A stretch of DNA of 50,257 nucleotides from Candidatus Bathyarchaeia archaeon (GTDB taxonomy: Archaea; Thermoproteota; Bathyarchaeia; Bathyarchaeales; Bathycorpusculaceae): NCBI GenBank assembly GCA_049512075.1, contig JBEKXL010000017.1:1-50257 (forward strand), written 5' to 3'. The notes beneath the pieces are model-generated. The model was not told where the DNA came from, ran no database searches, and saw only the letters and a program-made list of their open reading frames with translations. Each line of letters starts with the position of its first letter. Positions within the stretch are counted from its first letter, which is position 1. A program made the translations under genes and the position numbers. Shown piece by piece: positions 20,060 to 29,452 of the stretch.

Positions 20060-20428
20060 ATGGACCAAGAAGGAAAGGAAGAATATACCGAATTCCTCAA
20101 CCTCATAAAGATATTCATTTCCATGCTTAGCGAGAACGGCAAGTTGATTACGAAGATGGGAGAAATAGAGAAGAGATTTCCGAACGAATTCAAGATGATG
20201 AAGGAGTTCTCTCCGGAGAGACTTGATGCTTTTGTGGAAAAAGCACCGCCTGAGATTGCAGGCCTATTCCTGAAAATAATGCTCAGGGCGGCGGCTATAG
20301 GGCCAAAGACTAGTAGAGCCATGGAACTGCCGGCTGAAGAAAAACTCGAACTTGGGAAGCAGATGAACGAGCTCGTCAAAGATCTAGAAATCCTCTTGAA
20401 AAAAGTTGAAGAGGAGAGTCAGAAATGA
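20060..20428 (+). CDS. Hypothetical alpha-helical protein
   Basis: 122 aa with GAGG SD and TTTAAA upstream; ATGA overlap with the next gene. Confidence 0.8.
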   Translation: MDQEGKEEYTEFLNLIKIFISMLSENGKLITKMGEIEKRFPNEFKMMKEFSPERLDAFVEKAPPEIAGLFLKIMLRAAAIGPKTSRAMELPAEEKLELGKQMNELVKDLEILLKKVEEESQK

Positions 20429-20796
20429 GCCTAGAACCACAAAAACTGTTTTCAAGGTTATGGTCATCAATCAGAGAAGGACTAATTTCGACGTTTTTCC
20501 CTTCTGATTTGTTGCACCCAATAGAAAAGGCAGCACAGTACGTTTCCACAAAGTTCGAACAGAATGTTGTTCTGGAAACAGATATGATTCTCAAACAAAC
20601 AACACTGAAAACCATCATAGGACCAGAAGATCATTGTCAGAGACTATACCTAAGATCTCTCACAGGTCTTCCCGCGATTCCTAGGACCATTAACGAAAAC
20701 CCTGGAAGCGTGACAGATCTCAAAGGTTGCTTATCTTGGATCTCAAAAGGAAAGATCGACGTAACAGGACTTATCCGAGAAATCCGGGATAGCTAA
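20425..20796 (+). CDS. Hypothetical protein, possible antitoxin
   Basis: Translationally coupled on both sides; C-terminus DVTGLIREIRD resembles archaeal VapB tails. Confidence 0.65.
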   Translation: MSLEPQKLFSRLWSSIREGLISTFFPSDLLHPIEKAAQYVSTKFEQNVVLETDMILKQTTLKTIIGPEDHCQRLYLRSLTGLPAIPRTINENPGSVTDLKGCLSWISKGKIDVTGLIREIRDS

Positions 20797-21446
20797 TGAC
20801 CGATTCTGCACCAGTGAGAATCTATCCGGACACCAACATTCTCGTCTCGTATTCATTGGGGGATTCAGACGAGAACTTTGAACTTGCCGAAAAACTGTTT
20901 GAAGAAGTCCAGAATAACAAATACAAGATGGTGGTCTCCAATTTCACCCTCATGGAGACTCTGCATGCGCTTCGGACAATAGTCACGAAAATGAAATATC
21001 AAGAACTTGCCAACAGCCCATCGCAAGGCGATTTGATACAAATCGCAAACTCAAAACCTTTCGAAGAAACTGTACACAAAGACAGCATGAAGGCCTTCAG
21101 CACGATCATCGACAAGATAACGAAAGACACACAACACTTCAGTTTCGAACCAGACGGCCTAACATACCCAAACGAAACATTTGCGGCAGGTCTCCCCTTG
21201 CTGTTGGCAACCAAAGGATCTTTTCGCGTATACAGGTTTCGCTGCCACAAATGCAACAGCTATCTGAAATGCTCTTCCTGCAGAGTTGATAGCGAGATTG
21301 TCTATAAGGAAGCAAATGCCCCAGACCTAGTTCACCTATTGATATCAGAACGACTGGGATGCAAACTGTTTTTCACCATGGACAAATATTTCGCAAACAT
21401 ACCCGTCAAAGATGGGCGAGTGAAGATAGAAGTATTAGCAAAGTGA
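20796..21446 (+). CDS. PIN-domain nuclease (VapC-like) with inserted zinc finger
   Basis: IYPDTNILV, ...MET, DLVHL, FFTMD acidic tetrad; insert CHKC-x5-CSSC. Confidence 0.85.
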   Translation: MTDSAPVRIYPDTNILVSYSLGDSDENFELAEKLFEEVQNNKYKMVVSNFTLMETLHALRTIVTKMKYQELANSPSQGDLIQIANSKPFEETVHKDSMKAFSTIIDKITKDTQHFSFEPDGLTYPNETFAAGLPLLLATKGSFRVYRFRCHKCNSYLKCSSCRVDSEIVYKEANAPDLVHLLISERLGCKLFFTMDKYFANIPVKDGRVKIEVLAK

Positions 21447-21576
21447 GCGCACGACAGATGAACCCGTCATGAGGTGGCGCTTTGCCGACAACAAATAGAA
21501 AAAAGAGGATATGCAGGAGACTTCGCCACTTTTCTTGAGTTCAAGTCCTGTCGGCGGCACCACAACACGTGTCTTT

Positions 21577-22140
21577 CTAGTTGTTCAATTCCACGGTGAA
21601 AAGTTCGCCATTGGTGTCGTTACAGACTAAGCTTTTTGGAGTGTAATCCTGGTGTATGATGAAATAAACATAGCCATTTATTGATTGATTCGGTGCGAGG
21701 GAATACAGTTTTTCCGTCGGCGCGATTCCCCAGCCAATGTCGAGGGCGTTGGTTTCTGAATGAACAAGCAGGGTCGTTGTTCCATACCTGGGGCCTCGTA
21801 AACAGCTTCCAAGAACAGGTTCTTGGTCTTGGCTTGTTGAAGCTCTTGGTTGAAACTGTCGTTTGTGCCGAAGCAGATCTCATGGCTCGCTACGTTGCGC
21901 AATGAGACATTTAAGACGATGTATTCTTGGTATTGTGGGTCTGCCTGTGCGATTCCTGTAACGCTTACGGCGAGTGCGGTTGTCCAGTTCCAGACCGCTA
22001 GCGAGGTTTCTTTGACGGGGAAGCCTTTTATTTCATCGCCAAGTCCGATTCTAGGCATCTGGAAAAACAAGAGCAAGCCGAGGATGATGAGTAAAAGAAG
22101 AACCACAACCCCAAACATCCAGTTGTGCAAGGTTGAGAGA
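21577..22140 (-). pseudogene. Frameshifted membrane-anchored Ig-like (DUF4352-like) protein
   Basis: TM helix and YIVLNVSLRN in ORF 21678-22154. After a shift near 21790 another frame reads ...LAPNQSINGYVYFII...TVELNN* (stop 21577-21579). The 5' end is at GCGCACGC 22141. Confidence 0.6.
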
Positions 22141-22459
22141 GCGCACGCTGCCAATCGGCATGCCCAACGAGACGCCAGCTCCTAGACCAAGGAAAAGGCT
22201 TTCAGAAATCGTTTTCAAGGAAAAATGGCAAGCCCCGTGGCCTACAAGTTAGGGGCTCAATTATCAATCCACGCAGGCGTAGTTTTAAGCCATTCTGGTA
22301 TATGTGGGTGCAAGCGCAAGAACAGTGATAATTTGCTTTCGGTCAACTGGTGACACGAGGGGATTCTAGGGTTCATGAGGGTTAAAAGCTTTATAGGGAG
22401 AAGGAGAGGAGCTTCCGATGCCTCAATCATTACCATATGACCCAACCTGGACAAAAACA

Positions 22460-22678
22460 TCACTCTTGCTGCAGTACATTACAGATGACGCCCTGCCCTC
22501 CACCGCCGCTTCCAGGATCATTGGGCACGATTACTGCTCCACTTGCCAAAAAAGTGGAATGTACGCTCAGCCTGGACAACGCTGTCTTCGCAGTATGAAT
22601 CGACTGTTCTAAGGCAAACACCGTGGGCACAAGGAGAAGGGACAACACCAATATCGCAGCAAGGGCTATGGGCTTCAT
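22460..22678 (-). CDS. Small secreted peptide with Gly-rich C-terminal part
   Basis: Signal peptide MKPIALAAILVLSLLLVPTVFA, GGGGGA SD, TTATAT box upstream; tail NDPGSGGGGQG. Confidence 0.65.
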   Translation of the reverse strand: MKPIALAAILVLSLLLVPTVFALEQSIHTAKTALSRLSVHSTFLASGAVIVPNDPGSGGGGQGVICNVLQQE

Positions 22679-22821
22679 TTTCCCCCCATGATACTTCTGC
22701 TAATAAAGCATATAAGTCTTTAGTCAAAGTCGCATTGAAGATACAAAAGGCGGTCTTATTGCGCAATGTTTAAGAATGGTTGCTTGCATAATCTTGACAT
22801 CTCGACTCCCGGTGCGGGTTT

Positions 22822-24006
22822 ATGAGTTATCAACGTTTGATTCCTTCGATAACTGAGTATTCTGAAAAGTTCAAGCGACTCGACTCTCTAGACTTTAAGA
22901 TCATCAGGGCAATACTCTCACCCAGCACGTACAACGTCCGAAGGCTGGCTGAAACCGTTGAAGCGCCAAAGCAGACCGTTAGTTACCGCATCAGAAGGTT
23001 CGACAGGGGAGACATTGTCCGTTTCAGAGCAGTTATTAATGAACCTAAGCTTGGATTAAAGAGCTACTCGGTTTGGGCCTCCACGCAAGTCGGAAAGGAA
23101 GATGATTCTGGCTGCGCCCTCACAAGTTTCCCCCTGTGGAGATACCTTGCTGTTGTGGACGGATGGAAACTCGGTAACTATGTCCGCTACGTTATCCCCC
23201 CAGACAAGGAAGGAGATCTGAAAGCTTTTCTCAACGAACTCTCAAAGAGAGAACTTATCTCTGACTATGAAATGCATGCAACTGCAAGCCCCAAATATCC
23301 ATTGTTGAACATGGATTTCTACGCTGGAAAACATGACGTTCCGATGTTCGACTGGAAGAAATGGGTAGCAGCCTTCGACTCATATATACCAGAAAAAACT
23401 GATGAACACGAGAATTACGAAAGAGCAGAGTTTGATTTGATCGACCTCATCATCCTCAGATGTTTAGAGCTGAATGCGCGGACGACCCAGCGGAGAATTG
23501 TTGCAAAAATAGCGCAAACACTTGGAGAAAAGAATAGCAAAAAATACATTCCGTTGGTTTCTCGCCGAATCAAGAATAACCTCAACCCACAGAGGCTCAT
23601 CAGCGGTTACAGAGTGTACTTGTTTCCCAACCAAGAACAAGCATCGCTACTTTTCTTGTTCCACTTCGACTTCCAGAACACGATAAGCCTTAGGAAATTC
23701 ACGGAGGCATTGAAACATCTTCCGTACAACACGAGTTACGAAAAGATTCTTGACTGGAACTCCCTGTTTCTCCGCCTTGTAGTTCCAGCGTTTGAGTACC
23801 CAGGAATGCGCAAGTCTATCAGAGAATTGGCAGAGAAAGGGCATATCAAGAATGCTAACATGCTCCTAGGAGATCTGGCTCACGGGACATGGGACAACGT
23901 GGAAATATACCAGATGTTCAAAGAGGGAGCATGGAATTTCAGCTACGGGGCAGCTACAGAAATGCTTGACAGGCTTCTGCACAAGCGACAAAAAACGAAG
24001 GCGTAA
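22822..24006 (+). CDS. Transcriptional regulator with two Lrp/AsnC-type HTH modules
   Basis: LDSLDFKII...TVSYRIRRF...INEPKLGL, and a second module DLIDLIILRCLELNART. Confidence 0.85.
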   Translation: MSYQRLIPSITEYSEKFKRLDSLDFKIIRAILSPSTYNVRRLAETVEAPKQTVSYRIRRFDRGDIVRFRAVINEPKLGLKSYSVWASTQVGKEDDSGCALTSFPLWRYLAVVDGWKLGNYVRYVIPPDKEGDLKAFLNELSKRELISDYEMHATASPKYPLLNMDFYAGKHDVPMFDWKKWVAAFDSYIPEKTDEHENYERAEFDLIDLIILRCLELNARTTQRRIVAKIAQTLGEKNSKKYIPLVSRRIKNNLNPQRLISGYRVYLFPNQEQASLLFLFHFDFQNTISLRKFTEALKHLPYNTSYEKILDWNSLFLRLVVPAFEYPGMRKSIRELAEKGHIKNANMLLGDLAHGTWDNVEIYQMFKEGAWNFSYGAATEMLDRLLHKRQKTKA

Positions 24007-24126
24007 ACCCACTTCCTCTATTCAACCTCAACCCAAAGGAATTCCCAAGAGAGCGCGCGGTAAGTTGCGCGGAACTAGGGGCTGTAAAGCCTTAAGTATT
24101 CAACTTTCTATGTTATTATTGATTGT

Positions 24127-24492
24127 ATGGTCAAGTTAAAGGTCTACGTCTGCAGTTTTGAAGTTCCAACAGTTGGATTTGTCGATAAGGAAGGAGCCAT
24201 GCACGCCTGCGCCCAAGCTCAGAAGACTGCTTTTCAGGGACTTGAGCACCATGCTGGCCTATTCGGAAAACGTTACCTACCCGATGAAGATAGGGAGGTT
24301 CTGACGAGAATCGACATTTTCTGTAAGAATAACGCTTTGGAATACGAGGTTGTCGATGTGGGAAGCATGAGTTTCTTGGCAAAGCTCGCATTGAGAAAGA
24401 AAGGCATTAAAACTCCTGCCATCTGCGCAGGAAAAAAAACGCTGTGCGGTATCCCCTCAGATGAAGACATGAAGAAGCTTCTGACCAGTTGA
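24127..24492 (+). CDS. Hypothetical protein, possibly thioredoxin/glutaredoxin-like fold
   Basis: EYEVVDV...GIKTPAI pattern; own CTTAAGTA box upstream; no CxxC. Confidence 0.75.
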   Translation: MVKLKVYVCSFEVPTVGFVDKEGAMHACAQAQKTAFQGLEHHAGLFGKRYLPDEDREVLTRIDIFCKNNALEYEVVDVGSMSFLAKLALRKKGIKTPAICAGKKTLCGIPSDEDMKKLLTS

Positions 24493-24693
24493 AGAAAGGG
24501 GAAACGCGGCTACGGAGACTATCCAGAGTCTTTTCAAGAGCAAGTGACTCCATAGTCTGAAGCCCAGTTTTTCAGACAGTCGCGTGCTGTTCGGAAAAGA
24601 GAGTGGAAAATGTACTAGAAAAAGCACAAAAAACCCGAGTAAAGTGTATATCTTGGGTTCTGCAATTAGGGTGAAAGACCTTTGGAGAGAAGT

Positions 24694-25260
24694 GTGTTGA
24701 AGAAGATCCTTGAGGTAAGGTGGCATGGCAGGGGCGGTCAGGGAGCATGGACCGCGAGCGAGCTTCTTGCAAGAGCCGCCATCGCCGAGGGAAAGTATAT
24801 TCAGTCTTTTCCGGAGTTCGGCCCGGAGAGGATGGGGGCGCCGGTCACAGCGTTCACGAGGATAAGCACTGAGCCGATTAAGATACACTGTGCCGTTTAC
24901 AGTCCTGACGTTGTGGCTGTTCTCGATCCAACGTTGCTGAAGACGGTTAACGTGGCCGAAGGCTTGGACGAGAAGACGGGAAATATCCTGGTTAACACGA
25001 AGGAGAACCCAGCGGAGGTCAGGAAACAGTTGAAATCCAACGCCGGGAAGGTGTGGACCGTGGAGGCTTCTGAGATTTCATTGAAGATATTGGGGATGCC
25101 GATAACGAACACGGCCATGTTGGGCGCTGTGGCACGCGTAACAGGAATAGTAACCTTGGAAACTATTGAAAAGATGATTAACGGACGTTTCAGAGGAGAC
25201 GTGGCTACGAAAAACTTTGCTGTTGTGAAAGAGGCTTATCAGGGAGTGACATCTGAATGA
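24694..25260 (+). CDS. porC: Pyruvate/2-ketoisovalerate:ferredoxin oxidoreductase gamma subunit
   Basis: EVRWHGRGGQG, FPEFGPERMGAPV, NTAMLGA. Confidence 0.95.
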   Translation: MLKKILEVRWHGRGGQGAWTASELLARAAIAEGKYIQSFPEFGPERMGAPVTAFTRISTEPIKIHCAVYSPDVVAVLDPTLLKTVNVAEGLDEKTGNILVNTKENPAEVRKQLKSNAGKVWTVEASEISLKILGMPITNTAMLGAVARVTGIVTLETIEKMINGRFRGDVATKNFAVVKEAYQGVTSE

Positions 25261-25529
25261 GTAAAGAAAAGAGTTGGAAAGAAGCTTCACCCGCGGGCGT
25301 GTGCTGGAAATCCAGCGTCACGTATTTGACGGGCGACTGGAAAACCTTCAGACCCGAGAGGGACGTTACAAAGTGCACGAAGTGTTTGATTTGCACGATT
25401 TTCTGTCCCGACGGCGCGATACACTGGAAATCTGAGAAGGGAGACATCGAATTTGACATGGACTTTTGCAAGGGATGCGGCATATGCGCGAACGAATGCC
25501 CTACAAAAGCGATTGTAATGAAGATGTGA
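25257..25529 (+). CDS. porD: 2-oxoacid:ferredoxin oxidoreductase delta subunit (2x[4Fe-4S])
   Basis: TGDWKTFRP, CTKCLICTIFCP, CKGCGICANECP. Confidence 0.95.
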   Translation: MSKEKSWKEASPAGVCWKSSVTYLTGDWKTFRPERDVTKCTKCLICTIFCPDGAIHWKSEKGDIEFDMDFCKGCGICANECPTKAIVMKM

Positions 25530-25545
25530 GAGGAGGCTACAGAGA

Positions 25546-26778
25546 GTGAAGAGTGTTGTTAAACAAGAAATTCAGGGTTTAAACGGAGACGAAGCAGTGG
25601 CTCTGGCCGCGAAGCAGTGCGACGTCGACGTGGTTGCGGCTTACCCGATAACTCCGCAGACGATAATAGTCGAGAAGCTCAGCGAATACGTGGCCAACGG
25701 CGAAGTTGAAACAGAGTACGTTTGCACAGAATCTGAACACAGTGCCATGGCCGCTTGTCTGGCAGCTTCAGCCACGGGAGCACGAGCTTTCACCGCTTCG
25801 GCCTCTGCGGGTCTAGCCTTGATGCATGAAATGCTGTTCGTCACATCTGGCTGCAGGGCCCCTGTGGTGATGGCTATAGCAAATAGGGCATTGTCAGCAC
25901 CCCTGAACATTCACGGCGACCATTCTGACGCCATGGCTGAAAGAGACAGCGGCTGGATACAGATTTACTGTGAAAACGCTCAGGAAGTCTATGATTCGGT
26001 CATTCAAGCCTTCAGAATTGCCGAGCACTTGGACGTTCAGTTGCCAGTGATGATAGGCTTGGACGGATTCACTCTAAGCCATACACTGGAGAACGTCAAG
26101 ACTCTCTCGGATGATACTGTCAAAGGGTTTGTTGGAACGCGCCAGTTTCCAGTAGTGCTGACGCATGAGGGTAAAACGGTGCCCTACAAGCTTGACCCCG
26201 AGAGTCCGATGACGATGGGACCCATAGCCCTGCAAAATTATTATTTCGAGTTCAAACGACAGCAGGAAGAAGCCATGCGAAACGCCCTTACAGTAATCCC
26301 ACAAGTACACGATGAATATGCTGAAATGAGCGGCAGACGCTACGGAGACGGTCTGTTAGAGCAATACGCATTGGAAGATGCCGAAGTGGCCATCGTGTGT
26401 TTGGGCTCGACTGCTGGAACCGTGAAGACAGTTGTCGACGAGTTGAGGGCAGAAGGCGCAAAGGCTGGACTGCTCAGGATCAGGACTTACAGACCGTTCC
26501 CAGCTGAAGCAATAGTCAAGGCACTCGGCAACGTGAAAGCCCTGGCCGTTATGGAACGAAGCATGAGTTTCGGCGGCATAGGCGGGGCAGTGTTCCATGA
26601 AGTTCGCCACGCGCTCTACGACACGGCAGAACGGCCTTTCATCGTCAACTACATTCACGGCCTGGGCGGAAGAGACACAAACCCGACGCAGATACGCAGA
26701 GTCTATGAAGACTTGCAGAAGATAATTCGGTCCCGCCGGGTCGATGATCTTGTACGATTCATCGGACTAAGGGAGTGA
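25546..26778 (+). CDS. porA: 2-oxoacid:ferredoxin oxidoreductase alpha subunit
   Basis: AYPITPQT, ESEHSAM, NRALSAPLNIHGDHSD, GLGGRD. Confidence 0.96.
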   Translation: MKSVVKQEIQGLNGDEAVALAAKQCDVDVVAAYPITPQTIIVEKLSEYVANGEVETEYVCTESEHSAMAACLAASATGARAFTASASAGLALMHEMLFVTSGCRAPVVMAIANRALSAPLNIHGDHSDAMAERDSGWIQIYCENAQEVYDSVIQAFRIAEHLDVQLPVMIGLDGFTLSHTLENVKTLSDDTVKGFVGTRQFPVVLTHEGKTVPYKLDPESPMTMGPIALQNYYFEFKRQQEEAMRNALTVIPQVHDEYAEMSGRRYGDGLLEQYALEDAEVAIVCLGSTAGTVKTVVDELRAEGAKAGLLRIRTYRPFPAEAIVKALGNVKALAVMERSMSFGGIGGAVFHEVRHALYDTAERPFIVNYIHGLGGRDTNPTQIRRVYEDLQKIIRSRRVDDLVRFIGLRE

Positions 26779-27770
26779 AAAAGATGAGCGAGATTTCGGA
26801 AGGAAAATTCACGGCGAAGGACATAGCTGAGAAACCTGAACTGTTTCTATCCGGCCACAGGGCCTGCGCAGGTTGCGCTCCAGCTACCGTGCTGAGATTG
26901 ATAATGAAGGCCACCAGAGGCCCTACCATAGTCACTGAAGCCACAGGCTGCATGGAAGTAGCCTCAACAATTTATCCTTACACGTCGTGGGCAACGCCAT
27001 GGCTGCACACGGCCTTCGAAACTGCAGGAGCGAACGCGTCCGGAATTGAGGCGGCCTTGAAGATTCTGAAGAAGAAGGGCAGAATAAAGAATGAACAGGT
27101 CGACGTCGTGGCCTTTGCCGGAGACGGCGGCACGTACGATATTGGCATTCAGGCTCTATCCGGCGCGGTTGAGAGAGGGCATGATTTCCTGTTCGTGCTC
27201 TACGATAACGAGGCGTACATGAACACCGGCATCCAGAGGAGCGGCGGCACCCCCTACGGCGCATCAACGACGACTTCGCAGGCTGGCAAGGCTGTTCCAG
27301 GCAAGTTAGAGCAGAAGAAGCCCATCGCTGACATAATGGTGGCTCATGACATGCCCTACGTTGCCACGGCATCGCCGTACTATTGGAAGGATTTGATAAT
27401 GAAGGCTAGGAAGGGCATAGAGGTAAACGGCCCCGCGTTCCTGCACGTGTTCGCTCCTTGCCCCAGAGGCTGGCGAAGCGAACCCAGCAGGTCAATTGAG
27501 CTTTCGCGTCTAGCGGTTGAAACATGCGTTTTTCCGCTGTGGGAGGCTGTAAACGGTGAATACCAGCTTTCGACGCCGAGCAAAGTTATGGCCTTGGCTC
27601 CGCAGAAGAAGAAGCCAGTGCGAGAGTACCTGCAGGTTCAGGGACGGTTCAGACATCTGTTCACGCCCCAAAACGAGAAGATGATTGACGAAATTCAGAG
27701 GCTCACCGACCAGAAGTGGCAGCGACTGCTCAAAAAATGCGGATTAGCGCAACCGAAGCCGGCGGCGTAG
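26775..27770 (+). CDS. porB: 2-oxoacid:ferredoxin oxidoreductase beta subunit (TPP-binding)
   Basis: GHRACAGC, GDGGTYDIG...DNEAYMNTG, QGRFRHL. Confidence 0.96.
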   Translation: MKKMSEISEGKFTAKDIAEKPELFLSGHRACAGCAPATVLRLIMKATRGPTIVTEATGCMEVASTIYPYTSWATPWLHTAFETAGANASGIEAALKILKKKGRIKNEQVDVVAFAGDGGTYDIGIQALSGAVERGHDFLFVLYDNEAYMNTGIQRSGGTPYGASTTTSQAGKAVPGKLEQKKPIADIMVAHDMPYVATASPYYWKDLIMKARKGIEVNGPAFLHVFAPCPRGWRSEPSRSIELSRLAVETCVFPLWEAVNGEYQLSTPSKVMALAPQKKKPVREYLQVQGRFRHLFTPQNEKMIDEIQRLTDQKWQRLLKKCGLAQPKPAA

Positions 27771-28297
27771 CGCGCGCTCTAAGACACAGGTTCAGCAATA
27801 TCTGCCAAACCGCTTTAGATCTTCATCTCTTCAACCTTTAGCTAGCTAGGGGGCAAAACTGGCGGTGATTAAAAAGCCTTCAGAGCTTTCATTTGATTAG
27901 ATAACTTGAGTTTAACACAGTCGGTGCAGACCGTGACAAATATCTTCTCATGAGGAAAACCCACTGCATACGGCACTATTTCTGCTCCACACTTGGGGCA
28001 CTTCACTTGCGACATTCTTCTACCTCAGCTATCCAACGGATCAATCAAATTGAAACGGACACTTAAACGGTATTTCAAGCAGCAGAATATTACCAAAAAA
28101 GCGCACATAGTTGCTCCTGAAATGGCTAAGAAAGGTGCTTATTCTTCTTTTTGGAGTTCGAAGGGCAGTTCAGGCTCCAAACGCGTCGCGTGCGCGAGAG
28201 GACAAGAAGGAAGGATAAAGACTAGCGCGCGCTTTTCCTTTACGCCTATCATTTCGCGCGCGCTGATAGAGAATAGTACTATAAGATTTATTCAGAA

Positions 28298-28648
28298 ATG
28301 TTTAAGAACGCTGGTCATTTCAAAAAACAGGGGAAGAGGACTATCGTGAGCAGTCTCAGAAACATGACGGAGAAGATCAAGACATTAGACGCTGAAAAGA
28401 AGAATCTCCTGCTCGAAATTGAAGAGCTCAAGAAGCTGGCTGAATCCAAGACTAGGGCTCTGGAAAGCGAAGTTGGCATGCTGAGGGAAGAAGTGGAATC
28501 GCTGAGGACACTTCTTGGAGAAGAGGCAACGGATCCCCCGAAAACCGAGCCTGAAAAAACTTCATCCGAAGAACCGCAGTCACCATCCAGTACAGAGAAA
28601 CCAGAACTAGAAAAGTCGAAGATCAACTTTCTCAGGCGGAAAAAATAG
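28298..28648 (+). CDS. Coiled-coil protein, hypothetical
   Basis: Heptad leucine pattern followed by a Pro/Ser/Glu-rich tail; the start may be GTG 28346. Confidence 0.7.
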   Translation: MFKNAGHFKKQGKRTIVSSLRNMTEKIKTLDAEKKNLLLEIEELKKLAESKTRALESEVGMLREEVESLRTLLGEEATDPPKTEPEKTSSEEPQSPSSTEKPELEKSKINFLRRKK

Positions 28649-29042
28649 CAGCGCGCTCAGTATGTAATGTCGAAGACAAATCACAAGTCAAATGTTGCTG
28701 CTCGCGCGCGCAGGTCGCAAGTTTTCAATGCACATGAAATAGCGCGTGCTAACCTTAAGGCAAGCACTAGGGTATTCTCTAAGTGCCGTGATTTGTGCTA
28801 CCCCTTAAGAAGGTTTTGAATACCTGCAGCGGCGCGCGTCGTTAAACAAAAAGTAATGGGGGGGGACAAAACTTCACCCCCAAACCCAAAACTGATTTTT
28901 GTAGTGACGTGACGACGACGAAACGACGACGCGCGCGCTCTTGCTGTGTGGTTACAGTCACATATTTATAAATATGCAAGCGAAGAGTCTAAGAAGGAAT
29001 GAGGAAACTTGAGGTGGAATAACGGAAAAAGCGCAAGATCCT

Positions 29043-29324
29043 TTGAAAGTGGCTAAAAACGTCTATAAGTTCGTAATGGAAAACGACCGTGTGCGTGTAC
29101 TTGAGGTTCTGTTGAGGCCAGGCGAAAAGGCGGTAATGCATTACCATCCAGACCATGTGGTATATGTTCTCAAAGGTGGGAAAGCAAAGATGACATCTTC
29201 GGGAAAAACAGATGTATTAGACCTGAAGACTGGTCAGGCAATCTTCCTTAAAGCCCAATCTCACGAAGCCGAGAACCCAGGGAAAACCGATTTAGACCTC
29301 TTAGTTGTCGAACTTAAAAAATAG
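29043..29324 (+). CDS. Cupin-domain protein
   Basis: ENDRVRV...PGE...MHYHP...H.AEN cupin motifs. Confidence 0.9.
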   Translation: MKVAKNVYKFVMENDRVRVLEVLLRPGEKAVMHYHPDHVVYVLKGGKAKMTSSGKTDVLDLKTGQAIFLKAQSHEAENPGKTDLDLLVVELKK

Positions 29325-29329
29325 TTCCC

Positions 29330-29344
29330 TTTTTTTCTTTTCTT
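29330..29344 (+). terminator. Archaeal T-tract terminator
   Basis: TTTTTTTCTTTTCTT directly after the cupin stop. Confidence 0.55.
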
Positions 29345-29358
29345 AGCGAGCGCTATCG

Positions 29359-29380
29359 TGGTGGGGTCGCTGGGATTTGA
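29359..29380 (-). other. tRNA 3' fragment with CCA (GGGG-start tRNA such as Pro), att-like scar
   Basis: Minus strand TCAAATCCCAG-CGACCCC-A-CCA; similarity stops inside the T-loop. Confidence 0.7.
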
Positions 29381-29452
29381 CCACGGGAAATTTTTGGTTA
29401 TTATTTCTTCAGCCGAGTACTTTGGCAGTTCGCTATTGGTCTTCGGATAAGC

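Noticed and set aside
28903-28930. GAC/GTGAC short tandem run
   Set aside because: Short low-complexity microsatellite with no further structure.
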